NCBI RefSeq assembly: GCF_030028105.1
Contig: NC_092394.1
Span: 30,610,752-30,674,751 of the forward strand
DNA from: Mobula birostris
Taxonomy: Eukaryota
Direction: 5' to 3'
Length of the DNA stretch: 64,000 nucleotides
Position 1 is the first letter of the stretch. Each line of letters begins with the position of its first letter. The translations under genes were made by a program, and so were the position numbers. The notes beneath the pieces are model-generated. The model was not told where the DNA came from. It did not search any database and saw nothing but the letters and a program-made list of their open reading frames with translations. This document shows, one piece after another, positions 28,107 through 38,572 of this stretch.

Positions 28107-28350
28107 AGAGGGAGGTGGAATCTGCCCCCTCTCCCAGCTGCCTATCACCTCCCTCATGGTTCTGCCTCCTTCTACTACCCATTGTGTTTTCCCCTATTCC
28201 TTCTTCACCTTTCCTGCCTATCACCTCCCTGCTTCCCCTCCCCAACCCCTTTATCTTTCCTCTTACTGGTTTTTCATCCGGAACCTACCAGCCTTCTCCT
28301 TCCTACCCTCCCCCCACCGTCTTTATAGGGCCTCTGTGCCTTCCCGCTTC

Positions 28351-28386
28351 AGTCCTGACGAAGGGTTCCAGCCTGAAATGTTGACT
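28351..28386 (+). ncRNA. Minimal hammerhead ribozyme motif (variant)
   Basis: AGTC-CTGACGA-A-GGG(ttccag)CCT-GAAAT-GTT^GACT. Predicted cut after 28382. Confidence 0.62.
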
Positions 28387-28802
28387 CATTTCCACGGATG
28401 CTGCCCGACCTGTTGAGTTCCTCCAGCGTGTTGTGAGTCTTCCTATAGATGCTGCCTGGCCTGCTGCGTTCCATCAGCATTTTGTGTGCGCTGATTAAAA
28501 TACTGTATTAATTGGTTTTGTTGAATTCTAGATTTGACCTTGACAAAATCTTTGCTCTTCCCTATACTTTTAAAGCATTAGATCGCCATCTGAAACTTTT
28601 TTTTATTAATGGTGACAGATTATAATTAACTCTAATAAGTACTCCCACACACACAAACGCTGTTTGGTAAGTTGTCCTAAGAAAATGGACAGCGGCAGTT
28701 AAATTCCTTCTTTCTTCTTCGTGATTTGGTGGAATGCTTTTGGTGCCTCATCCTTAAAACTGCCTGAGGTCAACTAATTCAGTCTTCAATGGGGAATCAT
28801 CT

Positions 28803-29470
28803 AATCAGAATCAGGTTCATTATCACCGGCATGCGACTTGATATTTGTCAATTGCAGTTCAATGCAATGCATGATCTAGCAGAGAAAAATAAATAAATAA
28901 AAATGATTTTATACATTAATCAATTACATACATTGAATAGATTAAAACATGCAAAAACAGAAATACTGTATACTTTAAAAAAAAAAGTGAGGTAGTGTCC
29001 AAAGATTCAATGTCCATTTAGGAATCGGATGGCAGAGGGGAAGAAGCTGTTCCTGAATCACTGAGTGTGTGCCTTCAGGCTTGTGTACCTCCTACCTGAT
29101 GGTAACAGTGAGAAAAGGGCATGCCCTGGGTGCTGGAGGTCCTTACTAATGGACACTGTTTTTCTGAGACACCACACCCTGAAGATGTCCTGGGTACTTG
29201 GTAGGCTAGAACCCAGGATGGAGCTGACTAGATTTACAACCTTCTGCAGCTTCTTTCGGTCCTGTGCAATAGCCCCTTCATACCAGACAGTGATGCAGCC
29301 TGTCAGAATGCTCTCCATGGTACAACTATAGAAGTTTTTGAGTGTATTTGTTGACATGCCAAATCTCTTCAAACTCCTAATAAAGTATAGCCGCTGTCTT
29401 GCCTTCTTTATAAATACATTAATATGTTGGGACCAGGTGAGATCCTCAGTGATCTTGACACTCAGAAACT
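28803..29470 (-). mobile_element. Rex1/Babar-like LINE 3' fragment
   Basis: ORF 29058..29486 has KKARQRLYFIRSLKRFG..ESILTGCITVWY..HPGHALFSLLPSGRRY. Tail aatcagaatcagg. Confidence 0.9.
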
Positions 29471-29832
29471 TGATGCTAATTAGCAATAACTAGTGGATCC
29501 AGAAAGACAAATGAGGAAACAAGAATATTTGTTAGTACATGCCATTAAATGGCAATGCTTAAATGTAGTAGGGAACAGCTTAGGTTTATTAATGCAGAAG
29601 GATTAATTAAATGCAAAGGCCGTACACCATAAATAAGAATGAACAAACTTTATGATTAATTTGTTAATTTAGTGACACTGAGTTGAAGAAATTTAAAAAA
29701 AAATGATTTTGAAATTCTGAAGATTAATATTTCCTTATTTGTTACAGGCTACATGCTGAGGTTTCATGGTTGATGCAAGAACTATTTCAATGGCCCGACA
29801 AACAAAAATTAGTTTTAATTTAAGAGATTTTC

Positions 29833-29975
29833 TGGCCGGCTGGTGGTGCAGTGAGATCAGCACCAGACTCCAGAGCAAAGGTTCCTGAATTTGAATCCAG
29901 GTTGGGCCACCCCCGAGCACACTTTCCATCCGTGCTGGGTTGAGTGTTGAGCTAGCCACTCGGCCTCGTAAAAAA
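29833..29975 (+). mobile_element. tRNA-derived SINE head
   Basis: A-box-like tggtgcagtgag and B-box-like atttgaatcc with tRNA-like spacing, followed by a non-tRNA body. Not a cloverleaf gene. Confidence 0.55.
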
Positions 29976-29998
29976 TACAAGCGTCGAGTCAGGAACGT

Positions 29999-30860
29999 TC
30001 ATAACATAGAATAGTACGCACAATACAGGCCCTTCAGCCCACAATGTTGTGCCGACCCTCAAACCCTGCCTCCCATATAAGCCCCCATATACCTGTCTAG
30101 TAGTCTCTTAAATTCCTCCATATACCTGTCTAGTAGTCTCTTAAACTTCACTAGTGTATCTGCCTCCACCACTGACTCAGGCAGTGCATTCCACGCACCA
30201 ACCACTCTCTGAGTAAAAAACCTTCCTCTAATATCCCCCTTGAACTTCCCACCCCCTACCTTAAAGCCATGTCCTCTTGTATTGAGCAGTGGTGCCCAGG
30301 GGAAGAGGCGCTGGCTATCCACTCTATCTATTCCTCTTATTATCTTGTACACCTCTATCATGTCTCTTCTCATCCTCCTTCTCCCCAAAGAGTAAAGCCC
30401 TAGTTCCCTTAATCTCTGACCATAATGCATACTCTCTAAACTAGGCAGCATCCTGGTAAATCTCCTCTGTACCCTTTCCAATGCTTCCAGATCCTTCCTA
30501 TAGTGAGGCGAACAGAACCGGACACAGTACTCCAAGTGTGGCCTAACCAGAGTTCTATAGAGCTGCATCATTACATCGCGACTCTTAAACTCTCTCCCTC
30601 GACTTATGAAAGCTAACACCCCATAAGCTTTCTTAACTACCCTATCCACCTGTGAGGCAACTTTCAGGGATCTGTGGACATGTACCCCCAGATCCCTCTG
30701 CTCCTCCACACTACCAAGTATCCTGGCCATTTACTTTGTACTCTGCCTTGGAGTTTGTCCTTCCAAAGTATACCACCTCACACTTCTCTGGGTTGAACTC
30801 CATCTGCCACTTCTCAGCCCACTTCTGTATCCTATCAATGTCTCTCTGCAATCTTTGACA
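29999..30860 (-). mobile_element. Young CR1 LINE 3' fragment
   Basis: ORF 30059..30730 (223 aa) has EQRDLGVHVH..YRTLVRPHLEYCV..LERVQRRFTRML. Internal ~33-bp tandem duplication at 30086-30147. Confidence 0.93.
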
Positions 30861-33842
30861 ATAATGTTACCCGGTTAATCCTGACACCACGTGCCAGCCA
30901 ATAATGGCTGAATGTCTGGTATGACACACTTACAAAAGAGATTTTCTAATCTCTTAATAAATTTGAGAAATGCAAGATTGAAGTAGAATATCAGTGATCC
31001 TTTCAGTTCACCTGAGAGAGCAGGCAAGCGTGGATAAAAATCACATCTGAAAGTTGACACCACTGACTGAAAATTTTGTGTACTAGTCCTCCAGGTTCAA
31101 TGGAAAACTCATTATCAACCGAGTCATTACATTTACATGATGTTAGAAATATATATCTTTGTATTTTTAGACAAGAATTTGCATCTATACCTGAGCCAGC
31201 CAGAAACTTTGTATGCAGGCATTATTTTTTTAAATTATCATTTTTAGGATATAAAGCAAACAATCTGTGTTGACATTGAAAGCAATAAGTGATCGGATGA
31301 TCCTTTGTGGGATTGCTACTAAATCCTGAAATTTGTTACTATTCATTTCAGTTTATATTCAGAAATTTGTGCCATTAGAAAGCATTGTACTTATATTCTA
31401 TTTCCCTGAACTGCTGTAGTCCAAAAGTATAAGGTCACTAATCTCAGCCATCAGAGCTCTTTTTGTTCCACCTAATCCTCTTCCTCACTTTCTTACTTAT
31501 TTCTTTTTCTCAGACCTGAAACATTAACTGTGCATAACTTATGTTTTTCCTGTGAATGCTGCTTATACAAAGCTACATGCCTCTGCATTACATGAAAATA
31601 AATTTAACTTTGATTCTCTGCTTTTATTTAACATTTCTAGCAGCTGAGAGTTTTTTTAATTTCATGATTACTTTTGTCCTATTTGTGTTATCTTGATGAT
31701 AGGGTAGTTCATTTACCAGGAATATTTCAACATGCTAAAAGGCAGTTCACAGTTGGTATTACATAAACTGGAGCTGTTGTCCAGACATTTTACACCATGG
31801 AGTAAATAAGACATATTTTCTTTGAAAAGTTTTGGCCAACTTTTTTTTGTTAAAAGTGTTTTTGATGTTACAAGTTTTCAGTCTTTGTTTTATGCACCAT
31901 TCGTGATTGGAAAAAAAAATCGTTTTCAACCTTTCATCATACCACTGTAGTCGGTCACAAGATGTAAACATGGAACTTGTTCTGTGGTTTTGCCAGTACT
32001 TCCCCTTGACTAAAATGAGGAAATTATATATATATCAGAACCATATAAAATTCCACCTCTGAGCAAAATACAAATTCTCAAGAATAAATCTAGAAAACAT
32101 CCTCAGACATTCTTCAAAGTACATACCACCTCAAATAAGACCAAACCTGATTGCAGTACTTCAGGTTTTATCTCAAAGCCTTGTACAATCATAGTACTTT
32201 ACTTCTGTGCTTTGTCCCCTTTGTAATAAAAGCCATTGCTCCATCTGTATTCCTAATTACTTGATGCATCTGCATACCAACTTTGTTTCATATATCACTC
32301 TACAGGAGCACTTTGTAGTCCAACTCCATTTAGACAATTTGCTCTTTTCTATTCTGCCTAGCAATGTATAACTTTACATTCCTTAAATTGTACTGTATAC
32401 CCTTGCAGATTCTTTGCCCAGCCCTTACAACCTACTGTACTTACCCAATTATCATTTTATAGTACACAAATACACCCTTACCATTATCTTGGCCATTACT
32501 CCTGATTATAAATAGTTGATGCACCAGCACTGATCTTTCTACCACACATCTGACCAACTTGAAATTGATTTATTTATCCCAGCTGTTTTCTGTTACTTAG
32601 CTGATCCTCAATCTATTCTAATACAGTGTATGCAATATCATGAGTTTTTGCATCGCATTCGCAGAGCCTTCAGCATAGTCAATGACCCGCCTCGTCCATC
32701 GTACGTTGGTTTTGACTCCTACCGTCAAGTAGAACAAGGACTGTTAGACTGCATAACATCATCTTCTTCCAGGCCATGAGGCTTCTGAACACGCCACTAC
32801 CATCCAGTGTACATTATTTATGATGGCTTAAGTAGCATTCTACAGTATATCTAACTATATGTAGTAGTTGCACTCTATGTCAACTTGTATATCCTCTACA
32901 GAACTTTTTTGAATTATGTTATTATTTTATGTGATATATGCACCGCGCTTAGCACAGAGGAACATTGTTTTGTTTAGCTGTTTACATGTGTACAGTTGAA
33001 TAATAAACCTGAATATGTGCAGTAACCTTTTATGTGGCACCTCATCAAATACCTTTTAGAAATCCAAATACACTTAATTTGTTGTTTTCCTTTTCCCACC
33101 TTGTTCATTATGCTCTTTAAAAAAATCAGTCAAATGTGATTTTTCTTTCTTGCTGCTTATTAATACAATTTTCTACAATTTGCTAACTACAGATTCTAGC
33201 ATTTCCTTAATGGTAGTCATTGCTTCTGCAATATATGTTATGGTCTTCCAAACTCCTGTATGTATATTGTATCCCTACAGCCACCTAGAATACAGGCCAT
33301 CGGGTCCAAGGGACTTGTCAGACTTAAGTCCCATTAGTTTATTTTACACATATTTTCCGGCAAAAATTATTTCATAAAAATTCCAACCTCCCCTTTCTAC
33401 CTAAGATGATTATTAGTTATTGACTAATTTTATTTTCTTCCACTCTGAAAATACCTACAAAATATTCGTTGAAAGTCTCTACCAGATATTTTATCTTTAT
33501 TTCTCTTTCTCAATTTTTACTTAAGCCCATCAACGGCCCTTTATACACTTGGGTGAAATGCTTGCTGAATAATTTTATATTTCATACTTATTTACTCTTA
33601 AGTCTACTTTCTTCCGCTATGCTTTTCTGCCTTCTAAATTTTGCCCCCACTCTGCTGGCTTACCACTTACAACACAGTATACCTTTCAATTGGAGGCAAT
33701 ACTTTCCTTTAAGTAAGCTGCTGATGGATCAACCTTTCAAAGAGTTTTTAAGTCAATGGCAAATTTTTCCTTAAAGGTGTACCACTACTTAGCCACATTA
33801 CCCGTTACTATATTACCCTGTGCACCTTAACCATCTAGACCG

Positions 33843-33848
33843 TTTATT
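33843..33848 (-). terminator. Candidate PIGW polyadenylation signal
   Basis: AATAAA on the minus strand ~50 nt downstream of the PIGW stop codon. Confidence 0.5.
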
Positions 33849-33898
33849 TTCCAGAAATAGAAGTTGAAATAAAGACAATTAAGGATGGATATTGTAAA

Positions 33899-35425
33899 TC
33901 ACCAGAACTTTAAAGTAATGTCTTTGATATGCAAAATATATACAAAGGTACAATTGCATAATGTATAAACCAACAGTACAAATAAGGAAATAAATGTGTT
34001 GGTATGAATAGTATCTACAGTAAGATTCACCAAACCTGTCAAAACATTAGATTGCAGGAAAAACAGTAGTTGGTTTCTGCTTATGGCATCGATAAGACAG
34101 AAACGTATCGTGGTTTTATCTACTTTTTCCACAGCATTGTTTTTGAACAAAGTCCTTTCTTTTCTGTGTCGGGCAGAATCCGGTAAAATGTTCCATGAAC
34201 ACGGCACGTTAGTCATCCCTGACAGAAATTTGACAAATACCAGCACAAAATCAGCAAGCATTTTCACACTGATAAAAAATAAACTCTGCTCAACTGTCCA
34301 TATGATGTAACTGAGATTAGCCAACCGGCGCGATACAGGTTCTGTGAGTACCTCGCACACATGCAACAGTAACAATAACAGCAAAGTGCTCACTGCAAGG
34401 CAACCCTGAATTTTTATCCAGTCTATTACCAACATCCTCTTCTTCATAATAAAAATGCCAGTCTGAACACCAGCCATGTAAATAGATACATATCCAAACA
34501 TTGAAAAGAGTCCTTCTCTGTTAGCATTAATGAACCCATCCCTGGTATCTTTGCCATCACTGCCATGTAATATGAATTGCTTCAAATTTGTTGTTTCAAG
34601 GAGTAATTGATAACATATAGCAATGCCACATGACAGAATCCATGATCTTCTGACAGAACATAATATCAAAAGAAAAGATGACAGGATCCTAACTATTGCC
34701 AGTGTGAAAAAGAAATTCCAGTGCAAACCATATTCAGAGATATGCTCATGATAATTCACAGTCTTAACACTAAATAGACGAGCTAATCCCAAGAAAACTA
34801 ATGGCCAGACTGCTATTATCTGTTTCACTACAGAAACCAATTTAGAATGTGATACAATTTTGTTCCTCTGTCTTGTTTCAGGAGAAACAAGTGCATTTGA
34901 AAATACAAAAGCTGCTGTACCAAAATCCATATACCCAGTGCCATATGTTTCAGCTTTAGCAAAACGTCTTGGAAATATTGGAAAGTCCACAGCTAGAATG
35001 CAGATGCTAGTCAGTATGTTAACATAGACTCGAAACAAGGTGACAAAGGGAATATGATCCATATCCAGACTGGTTTCCAAAAATCCTGCCATGACATCTT
35101 GGAAGTTCTGATGGATACTCCTTTTTCTCTGACAGTATACCTGAAATATAGATATCACCAAAACAGCTACTAGACCCAGCACTATCCAGTGAAGCACATC
35201 CGACAAAACAGTGCAGAAGAATACAGGCAGTGCCACCAGTACAACAAAGTCGATCAACAGGAATTTTCTCCACACCGATTCTGTAGCTCCTCCAAAGAAA
35301 TACATTAAAACCAGTCCTCGATAGACGACACATAATGCACATGAAATCAAAGCCACTGAATTCTCAGTCAGAGTAGTACCATTCAGGTTACTGACAAAGG
35401 CTTCTTTGTATTCTTTTTGTTTCAT
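33899..35425 (-). CDS. PIGW: GPI inositol acyltransferase PIG-W (GWT1 family), 508 aa, single coding exon
   Basis: KEAFVSNLNGTT N-terminus, ILAVDFPIFPRRFAKAETYGTGYMDFG, YHEHISEYGLHWNFFFTL, ANREG, VSRRLANL and C-terminal KFW. Multi-pass hydrophobic protein. Splice acceptor (minus: ttttttttcccag|) 17 nt upstream of the ATG; the exon starts at 35442. Confidence 0.97.
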   Translation of the reverse strand: MKQKEYKEAFVSNLNGTTLTENSVALISCALCVVYRGLVLMYFFGGATESVWRKFLLIDFVVLVALPVFFCTVLSDVLHWIVLGLVAVLVISIFQVYCQRKRSIHQNFQDVMAGFLETSLDMDHIPFVTLFRVYVNILTSICILAVDFPIFPRRFAKAETYGTGYMDFGTAAFVFSNALVSPETRQRNKIVSHSKLVSVVKQIIAVWPLVFLGLARLFSVKTVNYHEHISEYGLHWNFFFTLAIVRILSSFLLILCSVRRSWILSCGIAICYQLLLETTNLKQFILHGSDGKDTRDGFINANREGLFSMFGYVSIYMAGVQTGIFIMKKRMLVIDWIKIQGCLAVSTLLLLLLLHVCEVLTEPVSRRLANLSYIIWTVEQSLFFISVKMLADFVLVFVKFLSGMTNVPCSWNILPDSARHRKERTLFKNNAVEKVDKTTIRFCLIDAISRNQLLFFLQSNVLTGLVNLTVDTIHTNTFISLFVLLVYTLCNCTFVYILHIKDITLKFW

Positions 35426-35442
35426 TTTGGATTATTTTTCAC

Positions 35443-36202
35443 CTGGGAAAAAAAATAGAGAATTGATCACTGGAAAACAAACTGGAAATAATATACTTGA
35501 ACTCTTATCAACACAAATAATTACTCGTTTGTTCAGTGTTCTGGGAAATATAAATATTATTAGATCAAGATCTAACGTTTTGTTTTGGATATCTATTTTA
35601 TAAAACTGTTTGCACTGTGGTCACTAATTCCTGGCTGAAAAGACTAAACTTCTGACCCCATCACATAAATTTCTAAAAGCCACTTCAACAGTTCAGCTAC
35701 AGCAGATAAAGCATTCAATCTCTAAAATGTTGTTCTGTGATTGTACCACTGACAGTAAACTATCAGCTGACAATATACTGGAAGTTCTGTCTGTTTAGTT
35801 TGTAATAACCCTAATACTTCAATTAAATCAAAGTTTCAATTAGAAACAGATGATAAACGAGAAATGGTTAATGTTTACCTGGATTATAGTACAGAAAGGT
35901 CACTGAAGCAATTAAGAGTTTAGATATCCAGGATGTGTTCTCGGAGTTTGCCTATTTCAGCAAGGCCAGGTGATACCAGGCAGGAAGAATGGAGTGCCAG
36001 CCTTTTGATCTTATATTGGTTGTCTATTATATTTATACTCCCGAGAACTCATATTTTACAATAACAAACAATCTGCCGGAAGAACTCGGCCGAGTTCCTC
36101 CAGCTGATTATCTGTTGTTCCAGATACCAACATCTACAAAACCTCGTGTCTCCCTACTTGTCTTACTGTTGTCCCTCCAGCAGCAATAGCTCAGTACCTC
36201 AC
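35443..36202 (-). other. PIGW: Predicted PIGW 5'-UTR intron
   Basis: Minus-strand donor CAG|GTGAGG at 36203/36202 at the CpG island edge, and a polypyrimidine acceptor at 35443. Confidence 0.7.
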
Positions 36203-36491
36203 CTGGACTAAAAGTATCGTTCAGGTGGGTCGGGGCTCAGCAACAAGGTAAGTTTCTCCCCCAGAGTCCTGGACGGGAATGCACTTAAATCATCAATGTA
36301 ACACCTTCGGAGCCGAAAGATAACGATATTTATTTTCACCGGCGTTGTTTACCATCGGCCCAACGCTCACAGTGCGGCTGGGAGTGTACTGGCCACGGTA
36401 CGGAACCAAAACCAGCGAGCGCCGCCCCGGACCGGCCACCGGCCAGCGCGTAGGTGTCAAAGGTGAAGGAATGACGCGGCTTGCCGCCAGA

Positions 36492-36501
36492 TCTCGCGAG
36501 A
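36492..36501. promoter_or_regulatory. TCTCGCGAGA motif (BANP / 'Kaiso-like' CGCG element)
   Basis: Perfect consensus inside the 14-bp palindrome GATCTCGCGAGATC (36490-36503). Confidence 0.8.
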
Positions 36502-36657
36502 TCGGAGGGGGCGCGTCCTTCAAAGTGGTTTGAACTTGCGAGTGGCGCTGGGAGAGTCGCTCTTGGTCCCGCTCCCGTTCCCGCGTCCACGGGCAGATGG
36601 GGTTGTGAGATAGTCGACGTTGCGGCTTGAATGGCCGTCTGTAACACTAACCGAGCC

Positions 36658-36672
36658 ATGGCAGCACGCCAG
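36658..36672 (+). CDS. MYO19: Myosin XIX coding exon 1 (MAARQ)
   Basis: Strong Kozak gagccATGG and donor CAG|GTAAGA. Phase 0 fits exon 2. An in-frame upstream ATG exists at 36631. Confidence 0.72.
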
Positions 36673-38146
36673 GTAAGAGGGGGTGGGACTGCTCCCTGTA
36701 AACCGTCCGGCCGAGGCACGGAGTTGAGCAGGTTTGACCATCAGGAGGGCGATGTCACCTTCATGTGCGGGGACATCCGCTGCAAATCTGGTTTTGCAAA
36801 TATGGACGAACTGCGAAAGATAGAGTGTGAAATAAACACTAGTGACGCTTCGGAATTTGAAATTTCATACCTCGGCTCTCATTACTGAGCTATTTTTAAT
36901 CATGTTAAAATGTTGATTCTTGCTGATTCCTGAAAGGGGAAACATTTTTTTTGGATGGACGTTACTCTATAACCGGACGTGCCAGTAAATCAAAACTGAA
37001 GCTGCATAACTGTGTTCAGATGAGTAACCTATTAAAATACAAACGAAACACTGAACAGGGGAGCGCCACTTTTTTACTGTACAGTACTAATATTTCCAGA
37101 ATCACTTGTATGTTTGGCCACTGTATGTAAAAAAGACCACACTAAATCAAGCTATTTTAACATTTTAATTATTATAGGCCATATAAGATTCAAGTTATTA
37201 ATTTTGGACTGTTTTTAATACTTGATGCACGTATGCCCTTCTTCGCCCTATACCACCATGTATTGATACTTTATTTATACGCAGACGATTCTGCCTATTT
37301 GCCTTCAAATCCACTTGGCTATTTATACTTAAAGTTACAGTTGTGTAACTAACAAGACAGAAAGTTTGTACACACGGAGCCCTGTGAATATCAAAAGTAT
37401 GTCATTTGTTGTGATTCTGACGTCACAAAATTTTATATTAAAAAAGCTATTGATTAGCATCTTAGACACTTGGAGAGCATTCAAATTAACTTTCCTTCCA
37501 ATTTATAAATGTGGTATAGTAAATGTTTTATTTAGTAGGAACAAAGCATTGCTTTTGATCAGCCTAGTGTTCTGTGTTTTCCCACAGCTTTTCTTTACAG
37601 ACATTGTTAGACATTATGGTATTCCTTTAAAACGTCCTGATTTTAAGATTTGTCCCTATCTTTAAGAGGTGTCAGTGGAAAAATATTACCTGTCATGAAG
37701 CATATTTATTTCAGAAGACTGGTATTAAATAAAAATATTGGTGGACTTCAATCATTTTAAATGGCACACTTTGGAGTTATTCACATTTTTTGTTTTAATG
37801 TTTAGTCTCAAGTAATTAATTCTCTTACTTGATAGGGATAATAGTCATAAAATACAATGTGAATTTTCATTTGAAATCCAAACCAACTTTCTCCCCTTAT
37901 TCAATATCAAAAACATACAGGACATAATGGCAAGTACAACATCAAATTCTGATGTGATCCTGGCTGTAACTGTTCAGCTTGCTCTCCAGGTTTGTGCATG
38001 AAGAATGACAAACTAGCTGGGTTAAAATGTGAGATTTGGTGCAAATAGAACTATGTTCCTTCAGGAAGAAAGGCAGGAATCTTGAGAATATGTTTTTAAG
38101 AGCAGAAGTTAAATTAAGGTTTTTACTTTCAAAAGTGACTTGTGAT

Positions 38147-38572
38147 CAGAATCCAGTTTAATATCACCGGCATATGTTGTGAAATTTGTTAACTTAGTGC
38201 AGTGGTACATTGCAATGCATGATAATATAGAAAGAAGTAAATCAATTACAGTAAGCATGTATGGATAATAAAATTAGTGCAAAAACAAATAATTTTTTTT
38301 AAAAGGTGAGGTAGTGTTCATGGGTTCAATGTCAATTCAGAAATTGTATGGCAGAGGGGAAGAAGCCGGTCCTGAATTGCTGAGTGTATGCCTTCAGGCT
38401 TCCGTACCTCCTTCCTAACGATAACAATGAGATGGGGGCATGTCTTGGGTGATGAGGATCCTTAGTAATGGATGTCACCATTCTGAGGATTGATTGAAGA
38501 TGCCTTGCGTACTAAGGAGGCTAGTACCCATGATGGAGCTGACTCATTTTACAACTTTCTGTAGCTTCTTTC
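38147..38572 (-). mobile_element. Rex1/Babar-like LINE 3' fragment
   Basis: Similar to 28803-29260, with an atcagaatccagtttaatatcaccggcat tail. Confidence 0.85.

Larger units (their letters stand above)
27979..28437. mobile_element. Fold-back Penelope-derived element (second family) nested in the host pLTR
   Basis: 13-bp TSD with one mismatch: tcttcctgtagat (27966-27978) and tcttcctatagat (28438-28450). Inverted arms with hammerhead-like motifs at 28067-28106 (-) and 28351-28386 (+). Same family as 51991-52611. Confidence 0.88.
26897..28492 (+). mobile_element. Penelope-like element 3' portion (GIY-YIG remnant, pLTR) with a nested insertion
   Basis: Closely similar to the reverse complement of 2330-3455. 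Contains RFAEHLCSVRQRKQDLPVATHFNS..RLEEQHLIF. Confidence 0.9.
36225..36860. promoter_or_regulatory. CpG island, bidirectional PIGW/MYO19 promoter
   Basis: CpG-rich segment between the divergent PIGW and MYO19 first exons. Confidence 0.88.

Noticed and set aside
29833-29905. tRNA gene
   Set aside because: The A and B boxes are degenerate, there is no convincing cloverleaf, and it continues into a SINE-like body.
34083-35342. ORFs overlapping PIGW (34083..34310 +, 35019..35342 -)
   Set aside because: Alternative-frame or antisense by-products of the PIGW CDS.
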